Assembly (NCBI GenBank): GCA_964016885.1
Contig: OZ024746.1
Span: 95,976,001 to 96,040,000, forward strand
Length of the DNA: 64,000 nt
Source of the DNA: Eledone cirrhosa
Taxonomy: Eukaryota
Direction of reading: 5' to 3'
Part shown: in pieces, positions 1 through 12,140 of the stretch
Position numbering within the stretch: the stretch's first letter is position 1
Layout of the letters: each line of letters starts with the position of its first letter
The notes under the pieces: generated by a model
What the model was told of the DNA's origin: nothing
Seen by the model: only the letters and a program-made list of their open reading frames with translations
The model's database searches: none
Translations under genes and position numbers: made by a program

Positions 1-121
1 CACTCATCATAATTTTGCAGAGGTCTCGACAGCAATTTTTACACTGTGGAGCTGAGCTACCTGCCACCCAGCCTTTTTGGTTCCAATTCTTCTTATTTCT
101 TATTTTTCTTTTTATATTGTA

Positions 122-817
122 CTAGCAGTGGTATCCGGCGTTGCACGGGATAAGGTATTTTGGAAGGCGGGCCGCCAACAGACCTAATCGTGGAAAAACT
201 GCATGCCTGGACAATATGTAAAGAAAATAAAGCGAATACTCTGATGGCTGGATAATCTTTAAGATTTTCCTCGAATGAAGCAGGAAAAATGCAGGTTTTC
301 ACCTAATGCGGGCCCTAGGGGATCAAGAAAATGAATTTTTTTATGTGCATAATATGCCTTGAAATTTCGGGAAAATCGGCTAGACGTAACGCCTCCAAAA
401 AGCCCTAAAAAGCAGAAAAAATGAAGTTTTTCACCTAATGCGGGCCCTAGGCCATAAAAAAAGTTGGATTTTCTTTGCTCACGGTATGAAGAAGAGACTG
501 ACTAATACATCGTTACAATTTCAAGGAAATCGGTCTGACGTAACGCCTCAAAAAAACCTAAAAACCTTTTAAAAAAACGCAGTCAATCTACTGTCACAAC
601 CACTATTTCTTTCTCTCTAACTGTTTATAAAGGTACCCAGAAAACCCCATATCTTGGGAACCCGCGTTTTGATTTACACGACGCTTGTTTTATTCCATTT
701 GTATCCCCATTTCAGGGGCAACTTCCTTTCAAAGTATTTTCCCATTATGCGCCCTATTGGCTGTATTACATTACAGACAAGCAAGCAAGCAATCACAGAG
801 TTTTAGTAATATAAAGA
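122..817 (-). mobile_element. Non-autonomous Helitron-like element
   Basis: On the minus strand it starts TC(TTTATATTACTAAAAC) and ends CCCGTGCAACGCCGGATACCACTGCTAG|T. This is a subterminal GC-rich hairpin plus CTAG at an A|T site, with no TSD. The 3' end matches 3897-3924. Confidence 0.7.
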
Positions 818-829
818 TAGATAGATAGA

Positions 830-921
830 GGTATTATTTGATATTTCATATACTATTATATCATCTCTACCACCCTCTGGACCTTCTCAACACCCCATGT
901 GGGGCACTTTGAGAACCTCTG
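830..921. mobile_element. Right end of a hAT-type MITE (same family as 2981-4110)
   Basis: Ends CACTTTGAGAACCTCTG like 4094-4110, and the subterminal sequence is similar. A degenerate left end may lie near position 18. Confidence 0.55.
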
Positions 922-991
922 ATTTAGCACAAAGATAAATGACAAATGTAAAAATATTTGTTACAAAAAAATAGTATAAATTTCAATCTAG

Positions 992-1120
992 GGCTTATCC
1001 GGCCGCTTCGTCTTCACAACGGTCAACGCTGTGACCTCAGGTATCCTTCGACCCAATGCTGTCGAGCTCTTCTGCAAAATCAGAACATCAGCAGCCCATC
1101 TGAAAAAGGAGCCCCATGAG
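992..1120 (+). CDS. Candidate internal host-gene exon (43 codons, phase 0-0)
   Basis: Acceptor TTTCAATCTAG|, open frame GLSGRFVFTTVNAVTSGILRPNAVELFCKIRTSAAHLKKEPHE, donor |GTGGGG. Non-repetitive and GC-richer than its flanks. Protein not recognised. Confidence 0.4.
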
Positions 1121-1175
1121 GTGGGGTGGCTGTTGCAGTGGGTGTCGCTAGGCAACTACTTGATAGAGGACAGAG

Positions 1176-1596
1176 TGCATTTTATTGTGGTACCAGCACT
1201 ACCACAGAGTGAGGGCTGGGTCTATTTTATTGTGATGCCATCACTACCACAGAGTGAGGGCTGGGTGTATTTTATTGTGGTACCATCACTACCACAGAGT
1301 AAGGGCTGGGTGTATTTTATTGTGACACCAGCACTACCACAGAGTGAGGGCTGGGTCTATTTTATTGTGATGCCATCACTACCACAGAGTGAGGGCTGGG
1401 TGTATTTTATTGTGGTACCATCACTACCACAGAGTAAGGGCTGGATGTATTTTATTGTGGTACCATCACTACCACAGAGTGAGGGCTGAGTGTATTTTAT
1501 TGTGACACCATCACTACCAAAGAGTGAGGGCTGGGTATATTTTATTGTGCCACCATCACTAACACAGAGTGAGGACTGGGTGTATTTTATTGTGGT
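1176..1596. repeat. 45-bp minisatellite, about 9 copies
   Basis: Unit TTTATTGTGGTACCATCACTACCACAGAGTGAGGGCTGGGTGTAT. It explains the 15-aa repeat ORF. Confidence 0.95.
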
Positions 1597-1955
1597 GCAA
1601 TCGAAAGGTTGTGAGTTCAATTCTCAGACCAGGTGATGTGTTGTTTCCTTGAGCAAGACACATTATTTCACATTCCTCCAGTTTACTCAGCTGTAGAAAT
1701 GAGATGATAGGGACCCCAGTCCCTATGATCCATTGCAAAGTGGTCGTGGAGGTGCCACGGCAAAAAAGCACCCAGCCCACACTGTAAAGTGGACATGTAG
1801 GCACCACAGAAAAAAAAGCACCCACCACTCACTGTAAATGAGGTTGGTGTTAGGAAGGGCATCTAGCTGTAGAAATCAAACCAGAATCAGTTCCCATCCC
1901 ACCCTTGCAAACAGGGAAAAGCAGATGTAAAATGATGATGATGATGATGATGATG
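1597..1955 (+). mobile_element. tRNA-derived SINE family A with RTE-type tail (5' clipped)
   Basis: B-box GAGTTCAATTCT, central CCTTGAGCAAGACAC domain, tail GGTGTTAGGAAGGGCATC...(GAT)n shared with the RTE LINE 3' end. Confidence 0.85.
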
Positions 1956-2067
1956 TACCAGCACTGCCATATTTGTTTGTCTTTTTTACTAATAGTCAAT
2001 GAAATCTGATTAATGGTATTATAACAGAAACAACCTTATAACAAGACTGATATTGCCTTATAAATAT

Positions 2068-2241
2068 TATATCGGTAGAGGGTCGAACGCCATGCTTTGC
2101 AGCATAGAGTTATGGCCCTTAATGATCTGAGTTCAAATCCCGCTGAGGTTAACTTTGCCTTTCATCCTTCTGGGGTCGATAACATAAAGTACCAGTAATA
2201 CACTGGGTAATTGCTGGCCTTGTGCCAAAAGTAGAAACAAT
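2068..2241 (+). mobile_element. SINE family B (Nin/Meta-like central domain)
   Basis: B-box GAGTTCAAATCC, GCCTTTCATCCTTNNGGGGTCGATAA core, tail GGCCTTGTGCCAAAAGTAGAAACAATT. Confidence 0.85.
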
Positions 2242-2610
2242 TCATCATCATCATCATCTTCGTTTAACGTCCGTTTTCCACGCTAGCATGGGTTAGACGG
2301 GAGTTGTTCCACTTGAGGCAAGGCTGGTCCGGTGACCGTGTCTCACTCGTATAGGACTGTCTGGCAGGTTTTCTACGGCTGGATGCCCTTCCTAACACCA
2401 ACGACATTTACAGTGTGGAACTGGGAACTTTTTACCGTGTTACCTACACAACCACATTACAGCGTGGACTGTGTGTGTTTTTTGTCGTGACACCTACACG
2501 AACTCGATCTCATTTTTTTGTGCTGTTGGTGGGAGTGGGAGGATAGGGTAGAAGTAGTAGATTGGGTGTATATTTGGTTAAGAGGTGCCTACTGACTGTA
2601 GGTTTCGCTC
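2242..2610 (-). mobile_element. RTE LINE 3' UTR fragment
   Basis: (CAT)n followed by the reverse complement of the RTE 3' UTR at 48020-48418. Confidence 0.8.
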
Positions 2611-3144
2611 TGTACATATTGTTATATATTATGTACATTTACAAACCATTTACAATTATGTTTCTCCTATAATGGATTGTTATGGCTATGATCTGTTATA
2701 CTTAAAGTGCCAATCCTACTCTTTATATTTAGTTATAAAAGCATTTTAATGTTTACACTTGTTTGGCCAGTGGCGTTGCTAGAATGACTCTACGATAATG
2801 TAATTGTTTTAATAAGCAATGGAAATTGTTAAAAAAAAAAGGCATTTAAAAAAATATATATATTCAAAACTAATTTATAAGGAAATGGGTGGCTCAACCA
2901 ATTCGTAGCTATTCACACTGAATAAATTGACTAATACATTCTGTCTATTGCTCTATGGTCTACTCTATGGAAAGTTAGAGCAGAGATTCTCAAACTTTTG
3001 GGGCTACTGCCCCCACCTCATGGCCACGTTATAACCTCAGCACCCCACCCCTATTTCCAGAGAGACTTGGCTACATGCAAATTGTAAATAATATATAATA
3101 AATAAAGTCATTAATTTATCTATATATAGATGGATGGATAGGGA

Positions 3145-3326
3145 GGTGGATTGGCAGTATTAGTGGAGGGTCAGACATGCTTTCCAGCATAGTTACGTCC
3201 CTTTACGATCTGAGTTCAAATCCCGCCGAGGTTGACTTTGCCTTTCATCCTTACGGGGTCGATAAAATAAAGTACCAGTAATGCACTGAGTAATTGCTGG
3301 CCTTGTGCCTAAAGTAGAGACAATTA
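3145..3326 (+). mobile_element. SINE family B
   Basis: Full-length match to the other family B copies. Confidence 0.85.
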
Positions 3327-3331
3327 ATTTA

Positions 3332-3924
3332 TCTATATATATATAAAACTGAGGATGTCTGTCTGTGTCTGTGTGAGTTTGAATCCCTAAAACTAGAGAA
3401 GCACCCAACCTACTGTTTACAAACTTTACACATGTTTACTTATGTTTCAGGGAGTGTTCTGAGCAAAAGAAACTTCAAATTTTCAATGCCCTAGGGACCG
3501 CATTAGACGATTTAACGATCTCTCTCTATAATTCTTAGTCTTTCTCTTTTTAGATAGATACATACATATAACGTCGCGCCCTTATAATATCTGTCTGTAT
3601 GTCTGGCTGCCTGCATTACATCACTTCCTACAATTCGTTCTGCGTCCAGAATGCGCCCTTATAATATCTGTCTGTATGTCTGGCTGTCTGCTGCCTCCGG
3701 TTATTCTGCCACCCTTGCTCAAGACAAATCTCACACTCATTCCCCAAACAGTTGGTAAGTGCACACAACTTCTTCCTCACGTTTTAAGCCACAGTGTTGC
3801 TTACTTACGTACCACCAGACCCTTACTTCTTTACCAGCCGTGGTTGTGGCAATACTAAGCTTAGCTAAGGCGGTTATATATTTCACAATACCTTATCCCG
3901 TGCAACGCCGAGTACCACTGCTAG
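3332..3924 (+). mobile_element. Non-autonomous Helitron-like element
   Basis: A|TCTATATATATATAAAAC start and CCCGTGCAACGCCGAGTACCACTGCTAG|T end. Confidence 0.75.
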
Positions 3925-4110
3925 TATATAATAAATAATATAATATATACTATGTATAAATAAATATTATAAATGTTTTTATTTTACTATATTTATATAT
4001 AATATGTATCACTTGATATTTACTATACTTTTATATCATCTCTATCCACCACTTCCTAAACCTTCTCAATGCCCCCTGGGAGGCAGTAGCGCCCACTTTG
4101 AGAACCTCTG

Positions 4111-4420
4111 AGTTAGAGCATTGGGCTTGTAATTGAGAGGTTGTGAGTTTGATTGTCAGACTAGGTGATGTATTGTGTCCTTGAGCAAGACACTTTATTT
4201 CATGTTGCTCCAGTTCACAGAGCTGTAGAAATGAGTTGCGATGTCGCTCGTGCTAGCTGTATCACAGCCTTAGCCGCTCCCTTGGTCAACATCGGTAGCA
4301 TGGAGGAGGGAGACTGGCATGCATGGGTGACTGCTGGTCTTCCACAAACAAACCAGCCGAGGCTTTTGCCTTGGAGGGGAACTTTCTAGGTGAAAAACCA
4401 TGGTCATTAGTGACCAATGG
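4111..4420 (+). mobile_element. tRNA-derived SINE (family A head and core, different 3' part)
   Basis: GTTGTGAGTTTGATT and CCTTGAGCAAGACAC. Relatives lie at 14070-14265(-), 20475-20790(+) and 27390-27660(+). Confidence 0.75.
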
Positions 4421-4754
4421 AGAGCGCTATGACAAAGATTAGTGTTCACTCACCTCTTATCTGAGAAATGGATTTGACCAATTCACAGCTATTCACACTA
4501 AATAAAATGACTAATATGTTCTGTGTATTCCTCTCATGTCTATCTTATGGCATGTTCTATGACAAAGATTAGTGTACACTCATCTCTTATTGGAGAAAGC
4601 CATTTAGTTATTTATAACATCAGAGAAAATCAATAGAAACTCATTGTCGAACTTATAGACATCTCCTAGTATGGCATACAGACATCGATAATCAACAAAC
4701 CTTGTTTTATTGATTGGTGTACATAAGCAGAAACACAACATTGGTGTGGAGTGG

Positions 4755-6250
4755 CACACATACATACACACACACGTGAACATCCTCTCATACACATACA
4801 CACACACGTGAACATCCTCTCATACACATACACACACATGTGAACATCCTCTCATACACATACACACACATGTGAACATCCTCTCATACACATACACACA
4901 CATGTGAACATCCTCTCATACACACGCACACACGTGAACATCCTCTCATACACATACACACACATGAACACTCTCTCTCACACACACACACACACATGAA
5001 CACTGTCACATACATACACTCACTCACACACACACATGAACACTGTCACATACATACACTCACTCACACACCCACGTCAACACTGTCACATACATACACT
5101 CACTCACACACCCACATCAACACTGTCACATACATACACTCACACACTCACACACACATGAACACTGTCACATACATACACTCACTCACACACACACATG
5201 AACACTGTCACATACATACACTCACACACACACATGAATACTGTCACATACATACACTCACTCACACACCCACGTCAACACTGTCACATACATACACTCA
5301 CTCACACACCCACATCAACACTGTCACATACATACACTCACACACACACACACACATGAACACTGTCACATACATACACTCACACACTCACACACACATG
5401 AACACTGTCACATACATACACTCACACACTCACACACACATGAACACTGTCACATACATACACTCACTCACACACACACATGAACACTGTCACATACATA
5501 CACTCACTCACACACCCACGTCAACACTGTCACATACATACACTCACTCACACACCCACATCAACACTGTCACATACATACACTCACACACACACACACA
5601 CATGAACACTGTCACATACATACACTCACACACACACACACACATGAACACTGTCACATACATACACTCACACACTCACACACACATGAACACTGTCACA
5701 TACATACACTCACACACTCACACACACATGAACACTGTCACATACATACACTCACACACTCACATACACACTCTCTCTCATACACACACACACACATTCA
5801 CACACACACTCTCTCTCATACACACACACACACATTCACACACACACACATGAACACTGTCACATACATACACTCAGACACTCACACACACACATGAACA
5901 CTGTCCCATACATACACTCACACACTCACTCATACACATGAACACTGTCACATACATACACTCACACACACACATGAACACTCTCTCTCGTACACACTCA
6001 CACACATGAACACACTCACACACACACATGAACACACTCACACACACACATGAACACACTCACACACACACATGAACACTCCCCCACACACACATATATG
6101 CACACTCTCACACATACACATGACCTCTCTCACATACACACTTTCCCACACGCACACAAACACTCTGTCACACACACACACACACGAACACTCTCATACA
6201 CACACACATGCACACTCACACACACTCTCACATACACATCAACACACACA
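4755..6250. repeat. CA-rich minisatellite arrays
   Basis: About 30-40-bp units containing GAACATCCTCTC, then GAACACTGTC, embedded in (CA)n. Confidence 0.95.
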
Positions 6251-7111
6251 TGCCCCTATGGCCCCATTAACCCTTTAGTTACCAAACTGGCAAAACTCAG
6301 CCCTTGTCTTATGAAATAAAACCACCTATTTTAAAGGCTGAAAGATTTTTTATTTAAATTGGAAACCTTTAACCCTTTCATGACCACATTTCTAATGGAA
6401 TCCACTTAGTTTCAATTAATTAATGAAGTATTTTGAGAGATTTACTAAAATTACTAATTATTTCATTACTAAGATAATTAATTAATTGTTTGTACTTTAG
6501 GCACAAGACCAGCAATTATCCAGTACATTACTGGTACATAATTTTATCGACCCCGTAAGGATGAAAGTTAACCTCGGCGGGATAATTAATTAATGAAGTA
6601 TTTTGAGAGATTTACTAAAATTATTAATTATTTCATTACTAAGATAATTAATTAATGAAGTATTTTGAGAGATTTACTAAAATTATTAATTATTTCATTA
6701 CTAAGATAATTAATTAATGAAGTATTTTGAGAGATTTACTAAAATTATTAATTATTTCATTACTAAGATAATTGTTTCTACTTTTGGCACAAGGTCAGCA
6801 ATTACCCAGTACATTACTGGTACTTTATTTTATCGACCTCGTAAGGATGAAAGGCAAAGTTAACCTCGGCAGGATTTGAACTCAGATAGTAAAGAGCCGT
6901 AACTCTATGCTGCGAAGCATAGTGTCCAACGCTCTACCGATACTGCGATTTAATGTAAGGTTCTTGGAAGATTTTAATTTAAATTTTAATTAAATTTTAA
7001 ATTTTAATTTTAATTTTAATTAAACCTTTAAAATGGGTGGTTTTATTTCATAAAACAAGGGCTGGGTTTTGCCAGTTTGGTAACTAAAGGGTTAATGGAA
7101 TCATAGGGGCA
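6251..7111. repeat. Inverted repeat (~87-bp arms) enclosing a ~62-bp tandem repeat and SINE B copies
   Basis: 6251-6337 matches the reverse complement of 7024-7111. The arms contain TTAA|CCCTTTAG MITE-like ends. Confidence 0.8.
6773..6948 (-). mobile_element. SINE family B
   Basis: Reverse complement of the family B consensus. Further copies at 7541-7718(-), 15603-15822(+) and 15895-16060(+). Confidence 0.85.
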
Positions 7112-7724
7112 CCATCCTGACACAGTGTCTTGGGAATTTTAAACCTGGTGGAACATATCTCTCTCTAGGTTGGAACACAGCCTATCAGTTCCAGAGTGAG
7201 GGGGAAGAGAGAAAGAGAGAGAAGGGGAAAGGGAGAGGGGGAAGAGATTGAAAGAGAGTAAGCAGGAGAGAGAAAGAGAGATAGAGAGAGGGGGAAGAGA
7301 TTGAAAGAAAGTGAGCAGGAGAGAGGAAGAGAGAAAGAGAGGGAGGGGGAAGAGAGAAAGAGAGGGAGAGATATATTCAGAAAGAAAAAGAGAAAGTGGT
7401 AAAGAATTGCTCCCAGTACTGGACTAGTACTTTATTTCTCAACCTTGAAAGGATGAACTGTAAAGTTGACCTCAGTGGATTTTGAACACAGAGTGCAGTG
7501 ATCTGGACCCCCCCCCCTCCACCACCACCACCTTTTACTAATAATTATGTCTACTTTTGGCACAAGGCCAGCAATTACTCCAGTGCATTACTGGTACTTT
7601 ATTTTATTGACCCCATAAGGATGAAAGGCAAAGTTAACCTCGGCGGGATTTGAACTCAGGTCCATAACTCTATGCTGCAAAGCATGGCATCCGACCCTCT
7701 ACCGATACTGCCAATCCAACCTAC

Positions 7725-8075
7725 ATAAGTTTGTTAAAAGGTGGGTGAAATTGGCGAGTCTGGCCCGAGTGAACGGGCCCGCTCTGAGTATGCGCCTGTA
7801 GACTGAGGAGTGGGAAAAGTGAGAGAGGGCGCTTGCCCTGGTGGTCAGGGTGGCCATGGCCTTTTTGTGTGGTTTTTGCCACAAGTGACTCTTGGAGGTT
7901 TCCCCCTTTTTGGGGAATTTTTGTTGTTTGAATTTTTTTTATTTCTAGCCCAATTTTGTTAGAACCTGTTTACACGACCAAAACCCACTTTGTATCATCT
8001 TGTACTGTTCTGTGCCGTCTCTAATGTTTTTCTTCGTGTTAACCCTTGTGGCCAATAAAGAAACCATTATTATAT
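7725..8075 (+). mobile_element. 3' end of an L1/Tx1-like LINE
   Basis: Translates KFVKRWVKLASLARVNGPALSMRL*, resembling an L1-clade ORF2 C-terminus (F..RW). Followed by a T-rich UTR, AATAAA and an (ATT) tail. Confidence 0.55.
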
Positions 8076-8519
8076 ATATGAAATAATGAGACTACTTTAG
8101 GTTAGCAGTGATAAGCTGGAGAATCTTTTGTGTATAGGGTCATGATGACTAACCATTCACTGTACTATAAAAAAAACGCCCACCAGTACAAGTTCTACAA
8201 TCGTATTGAGTTGTTACCCCACACCCTTCCAGTGTTGCACACAGAACCTTGCCTGGTGTGTTAAGGTTTCAAGGTCATTAAGTGTGCATGAATTTTTAAG
8301 TTTGGAGCAAACTAGAAGGTGCCCCATAGTTTGTAATACTAAAAGCTCTGCAATGCTAAAAGTAAATGTGGTAAGAAATTAGAGATCACATGGAGTGGAG
8401 AGGCCTCTTTTAGCTTGCAGTGAAAAAGCTGCCTCTCTGGTGTAGGTGGTATAAGAAATATACTTAAAACCCCCTGTAAAGTGGCTGACAAATGAACTGA
8501 GACAATGCAGGGTATAGAG

Positions 8520-8731
8520 CAGGCATGTTAAACTGAGGGTCGCCCGAGGTCCACATGGGTCACATGTGTTGTCTGAGGGCCACACGCGATAACTAATTGC
8601 ACACATTACAGCTAATTTTTCTCATTTTATATTATACGAACATGCTTGTGCAGTAAAAACATTCATGCAGGCTGCAGGTGTGCTTGTAAAGGGCTGCATG
8701 CGGCCCATGGGCGGCATGTTTCACTTGCCTG
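8520..8731. mobile_element. hAT-type MITE
   Basis: TIRs CAGGCATGTTAAAC / GTTTCACTTGCCTG, 8-bp TSD GTATAGAG, subterminal GCGGCCC. Confidence 0.85.
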
Positions 8732-9468
8732 GTATAGAGGACCCTTTGGTCCTGTTTTGGACATGACATCCTCTCTAGTGTGGGTTCTAGGATAAAATGC
8801 TTCCAGTACACACTGTGAAGGGGTAAGAGATTGAACAGAGACTATATAGGATAGAGAGGACTCTTTAGTCTCACTGAGTACATGACAACATCTCTAGTAC
8901 TGGTGGCACAATAAAATATACCCAGTACACTCTGTAAAGTGGTAATGTTGGTTCCATAACAAAATACATTCACTAAACTTTGTAAAGCAGTAGTACTGGT
9001 TCCATGATAAAATTCACCCACTACAATCTATAAAGTTATAGAGCTTGTTCCACAATAAAATACATCCAGTACACTCTGTGAAATGGTTGGCTGTAGGAAG
9101 GGCATCCTGCAGTATAAACAATGCCAAAGTATAAACTGTAGGTGCAGGGTGTGGTTCTCCAACCTGTCTAGTTTTTAGAACATGACAATCCGTCCAAACC
9201 ATGCCAGTGTGAAAAGTGGATGTAAAATGATAATGAGGATGATGATAATGAAGTTTATTGCTAATTGTACAAGTGGCACAAATGTTTACCAGTTGCTTGT
9301 CTGTCGAAGTATAACAATGGTAAATTAATTAGAATTGCATTTGTAATCTCACAATTAATCTTACTTATTTTTTTGTTATGCTTATCAAATAATATTGCAT
9401 CTAGTTTTATCTAGTTATGTCAAGTCATGGATTATTTGTGTAGTTCATAAGAAGCTACTAAAAGGGTC

Positions 9469-10220
9469 AGTGTCAAGAAAGCCATCTGATCATAAAGAAT
9501 TGACTCAAAAGGGACCCAGGTGTCAAGAAAGCCATCAGATGATAAAACATTGCCTCAAAAGGGACCCAGGTGTCAAGAAAGCCATCAGATGATAAAACAT
9601 TGCCTCAAAAGGGACCCAGGTTTCAAGAAAGCCATCAGATGATAAAACATTGTCTCAAAAGGGACCCAGGTGTCAAGAAAGCCATCAGATGATAAAACAT
9701 TGTCTCAAAAGGGACCCAGGTGTCAAGAAAGCCATCAGATGATAAAACATTGTCTCAAAAGGGACCCAGGTGTCAAGAAAGCCATCAGATGATAAAACAT
9801 TGTCTCAAAAGGGACCCAGGTGTCAAGAAAGCCATCAGATGATAAAACATTGCCTCAAAAGGGACCCAGGTGTCAAGAAAGCCATCAGATGATAAAACAT
9901 TGTCTCAAAAGGGACCCAGGTGTCAAGAAAGCCATCAGATGATAAAACATTGCCTCAAAAGGGACCCTGGTGTCAGGAAAGATATCTGGTTAAAAATATT
10001 GCTTCAAAAAGGACCTCGGTGCCAGGAAAGATATTTGGTAATAAAAATATTGCTTCAAAAAGGACCCCAGTGTCAAGAAAAATATCTAGCAATAAAAATT
10101 TGCTTCAAAAAGGACCCTGGTACCAGGAAAGATATCTGGTTATAAAACATTGTCTCAAATGGGACTCTGGTGTCAGGAAAGTCATCTAGCAATAAAATAT
10201 TGCTTCAAAAAGGGACCCCA
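9469..10220. repeat. 50-bp minisatellite, about 15 copies
   Basis: Unit GTGTCAAGAAAGCCATCAGATGATAAAACATTGTCTCAAAAGGGACCCAG, degenerating rightward. Confidence 0.95.
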
Positions 10221-10835
10221 TGAGGAGTATGAAGCTTGTTATGAGCCTTGCAGAACTTCTGCTTTAGAAGGGAAACTGGCTTTAAAATAACTGTTGTTGT
10301 TCATCATCATCATCATCACCATCATCATTTACATCATCTTCCACGTTAGCAGGGTAGGACGACTGTTTTGTTGTATGGAATATATTTAAGACGCCTACTA
10401 AAAAGACATCCACAAATATTCAACTGCTTTATGTAAGTATGTTAATTTCTAATCCACTCTTGTTATTTTTTACCACATATATAAATATAACTAAAAAAAT
10501 GTTGAATGTTCTTATACTATAAATTGTAATAATGATTTCTTTATTTAAATGAAAGATTATAAAGAAATCATTATTCCAATTTTTCTTTTGCTTATATCAA
10601 TAGTAATAAGTATAAGAACAGTCAATGTTTTTTTCTAGTTATATTTTTATATGTGGTGTTCGGGTTTTTTATATAACTGATGATTAGTTGTGTAACTTGA
10701 ATACATTTGGTTTTCTAATAAATTACCTACAATATATTTTAGGTTGGCTACTGATTAATTACTCTGGTCTTTTGAGTTGTGGCGCCTGACATCTATATAG
10801 TCTATATAGTAAATATTACTAACTATTATACACAT

Positions 10836-11056
10836 ACGAGGGGGGGAGGGCTGAAAAGATCCTGGCTTTGGGTAAAAGAAAATACAGGAGGATCAGTTAA
10901 TTATGATTTTATTTAACATATTCTCCTCTCAGATTCACACTTACTGCAGCAGTCCTTCAGTTTTTCTAAGAATTCTAAGAAGCACTCAGAAGGTTGGGTT
11001 TCCATCCAGGCCTCTGTAGCAGTGATCAAGCCAGGAAATTTTCATCACCCTCTCTT
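10836..11056. mobile_element. Tc1/mariner-type MITE
   Basis: TA|CGAGGGG...GCTGAAAAG left end with an imperfect inverted right end. A second copy lies at about 13400-13612. Confidence 0.7.
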
Positions 11057-11076
11057 ATATATATATAAGTATGCAT

Positions 11077-11109
<33 letters not shown>

Positions 11110-12003
11110 AGTATGCATACACACACACATATATATATATATATCAAAATGAAAATCCGAAGGCAAGGTAAAATTTCCAATCATTTTAATCATGACACAT
11201 GTTTCAATAAGAGATAGATCGATCGTGAAGCCATGATCAATTATCACTGATCTGGTCAGGTGAAAATGAATTGTCTTCAAATTCTTGATATGAGGGAGAA
11301 AATTAGCGATGTTCACTCACAGAGTTTATTCCCTCATATGAAGATCAAGCAGTCAAAATACAGCGACTGCTATCATCATCTTTTAAGGTCATAAAACTAT
11401 CAAGCTTCTATATCCCAATAGCTGCAAAAGATGCTGGACATCAACCAAATTTGTAGAAATATAGTCAGTCACAGTTAATGTGAGTGGGTACACACACACT
11501 CAACACCGACTCGAGGTCAAAGCAAAAGATATATATACTCATACCAACGCAGTATCAAATCTGTAGAACTATAGACGGTCATAATTAGTGTGAGTGAGTA
11601 CACACACCGAAGCGATGTCAAAGAAAAAATAATAAATATAAGAATATACCAACATAGCATTCACCGAAAGTTAATTTACAAAACAACAAATGCTACATTG
11701 GTTAAATCTCAATTTGACGATGTAAATTGGAAATATTAGGTCAACACAAGCAAGTAAGTTCAGTTCAGTGTTCTGCTATACGTGTATAGATTGAATTGTA
11801 ACATCCTTATCTCCAAAAAGTGTATGTCTAGGTATATACACATCCATGTGAAGAGCAAGCAATCAGCTCATATCAAACTCAGTATGTACCGCTGTCCCAT
11901 TGAGAATCCGAGTCCCCAAATCTGTGCGTGCAAGCAACTGCTATGTAGTTGGCTCAACTTATAATAAAAAAGAAATAGGATTTCGCTTCAAGCACAGCTT
12001 CAT

Positions 12004-12054
12004 ATGCAAATGAGATTAATCACCTCATTTACACAGACGAGAAAAGTATATATT
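12004..12054 (+). promoter_or_regulatory. Candidate octamer plus TATA module upstream of an HHR
   Basis: ATGCAAAT at 12004-12011, a 34-bp spacer containing TCACCTCATTTACAC, then GTATATA at 12046. The same layout occurs at 40531->40484(-). Confidence 0.35.
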
Positions 12055-12096
12055 CTCGCCTGTCTTCTAGTCCAGCAGTCGCAAGCGGTGGGAGGG

Positions 12097-12140
12097 ACCG
12101 TCCTGACGAAGGCCAGTTAAGCCTGAAATGCATAGACGGT
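12097..12140 (+). ncRNA. Type I hammerhead ribozyme, canonical core
   Basis: ACCGTC-CTGACGA-AGGC(cagttaa)GCCT-GAAA-TGCA-TA-GACGGT. Loop III is palindromic. Stem I can extend to 12070/12163. Confidence 0.9.

Larger units (their letters stand above)
2981..4110. mobile_element. hAT-type MITE with nested insertions
   Basis: TIRs CAGAGATTCTCAAA / TTTGAGAACCTCTG. 8-bp TSD AGTTAGAG at 2973-2980 and 4111-4118. Confidence 0.9.

Noticed and set aside
1176-10220. CRISPR-like appearance of the 45-bp and 50-bp arrays
   Set aside because: The repeats are head-to-tail with no unique spacers, there are no cas genes, and the context is eukaryotic.
10472-10657. Degraded AT-rich foldback
   Set aside because: A real but imperfect inverted repeat with no HHR core, TSD or family match in the window, so it could not be classified.
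11700-11950. Possible decayed PLE RT on the minus strand (Q..G.SMG, W..YLD-like)
   Set aside because: Too degenerate to support without a profile search.
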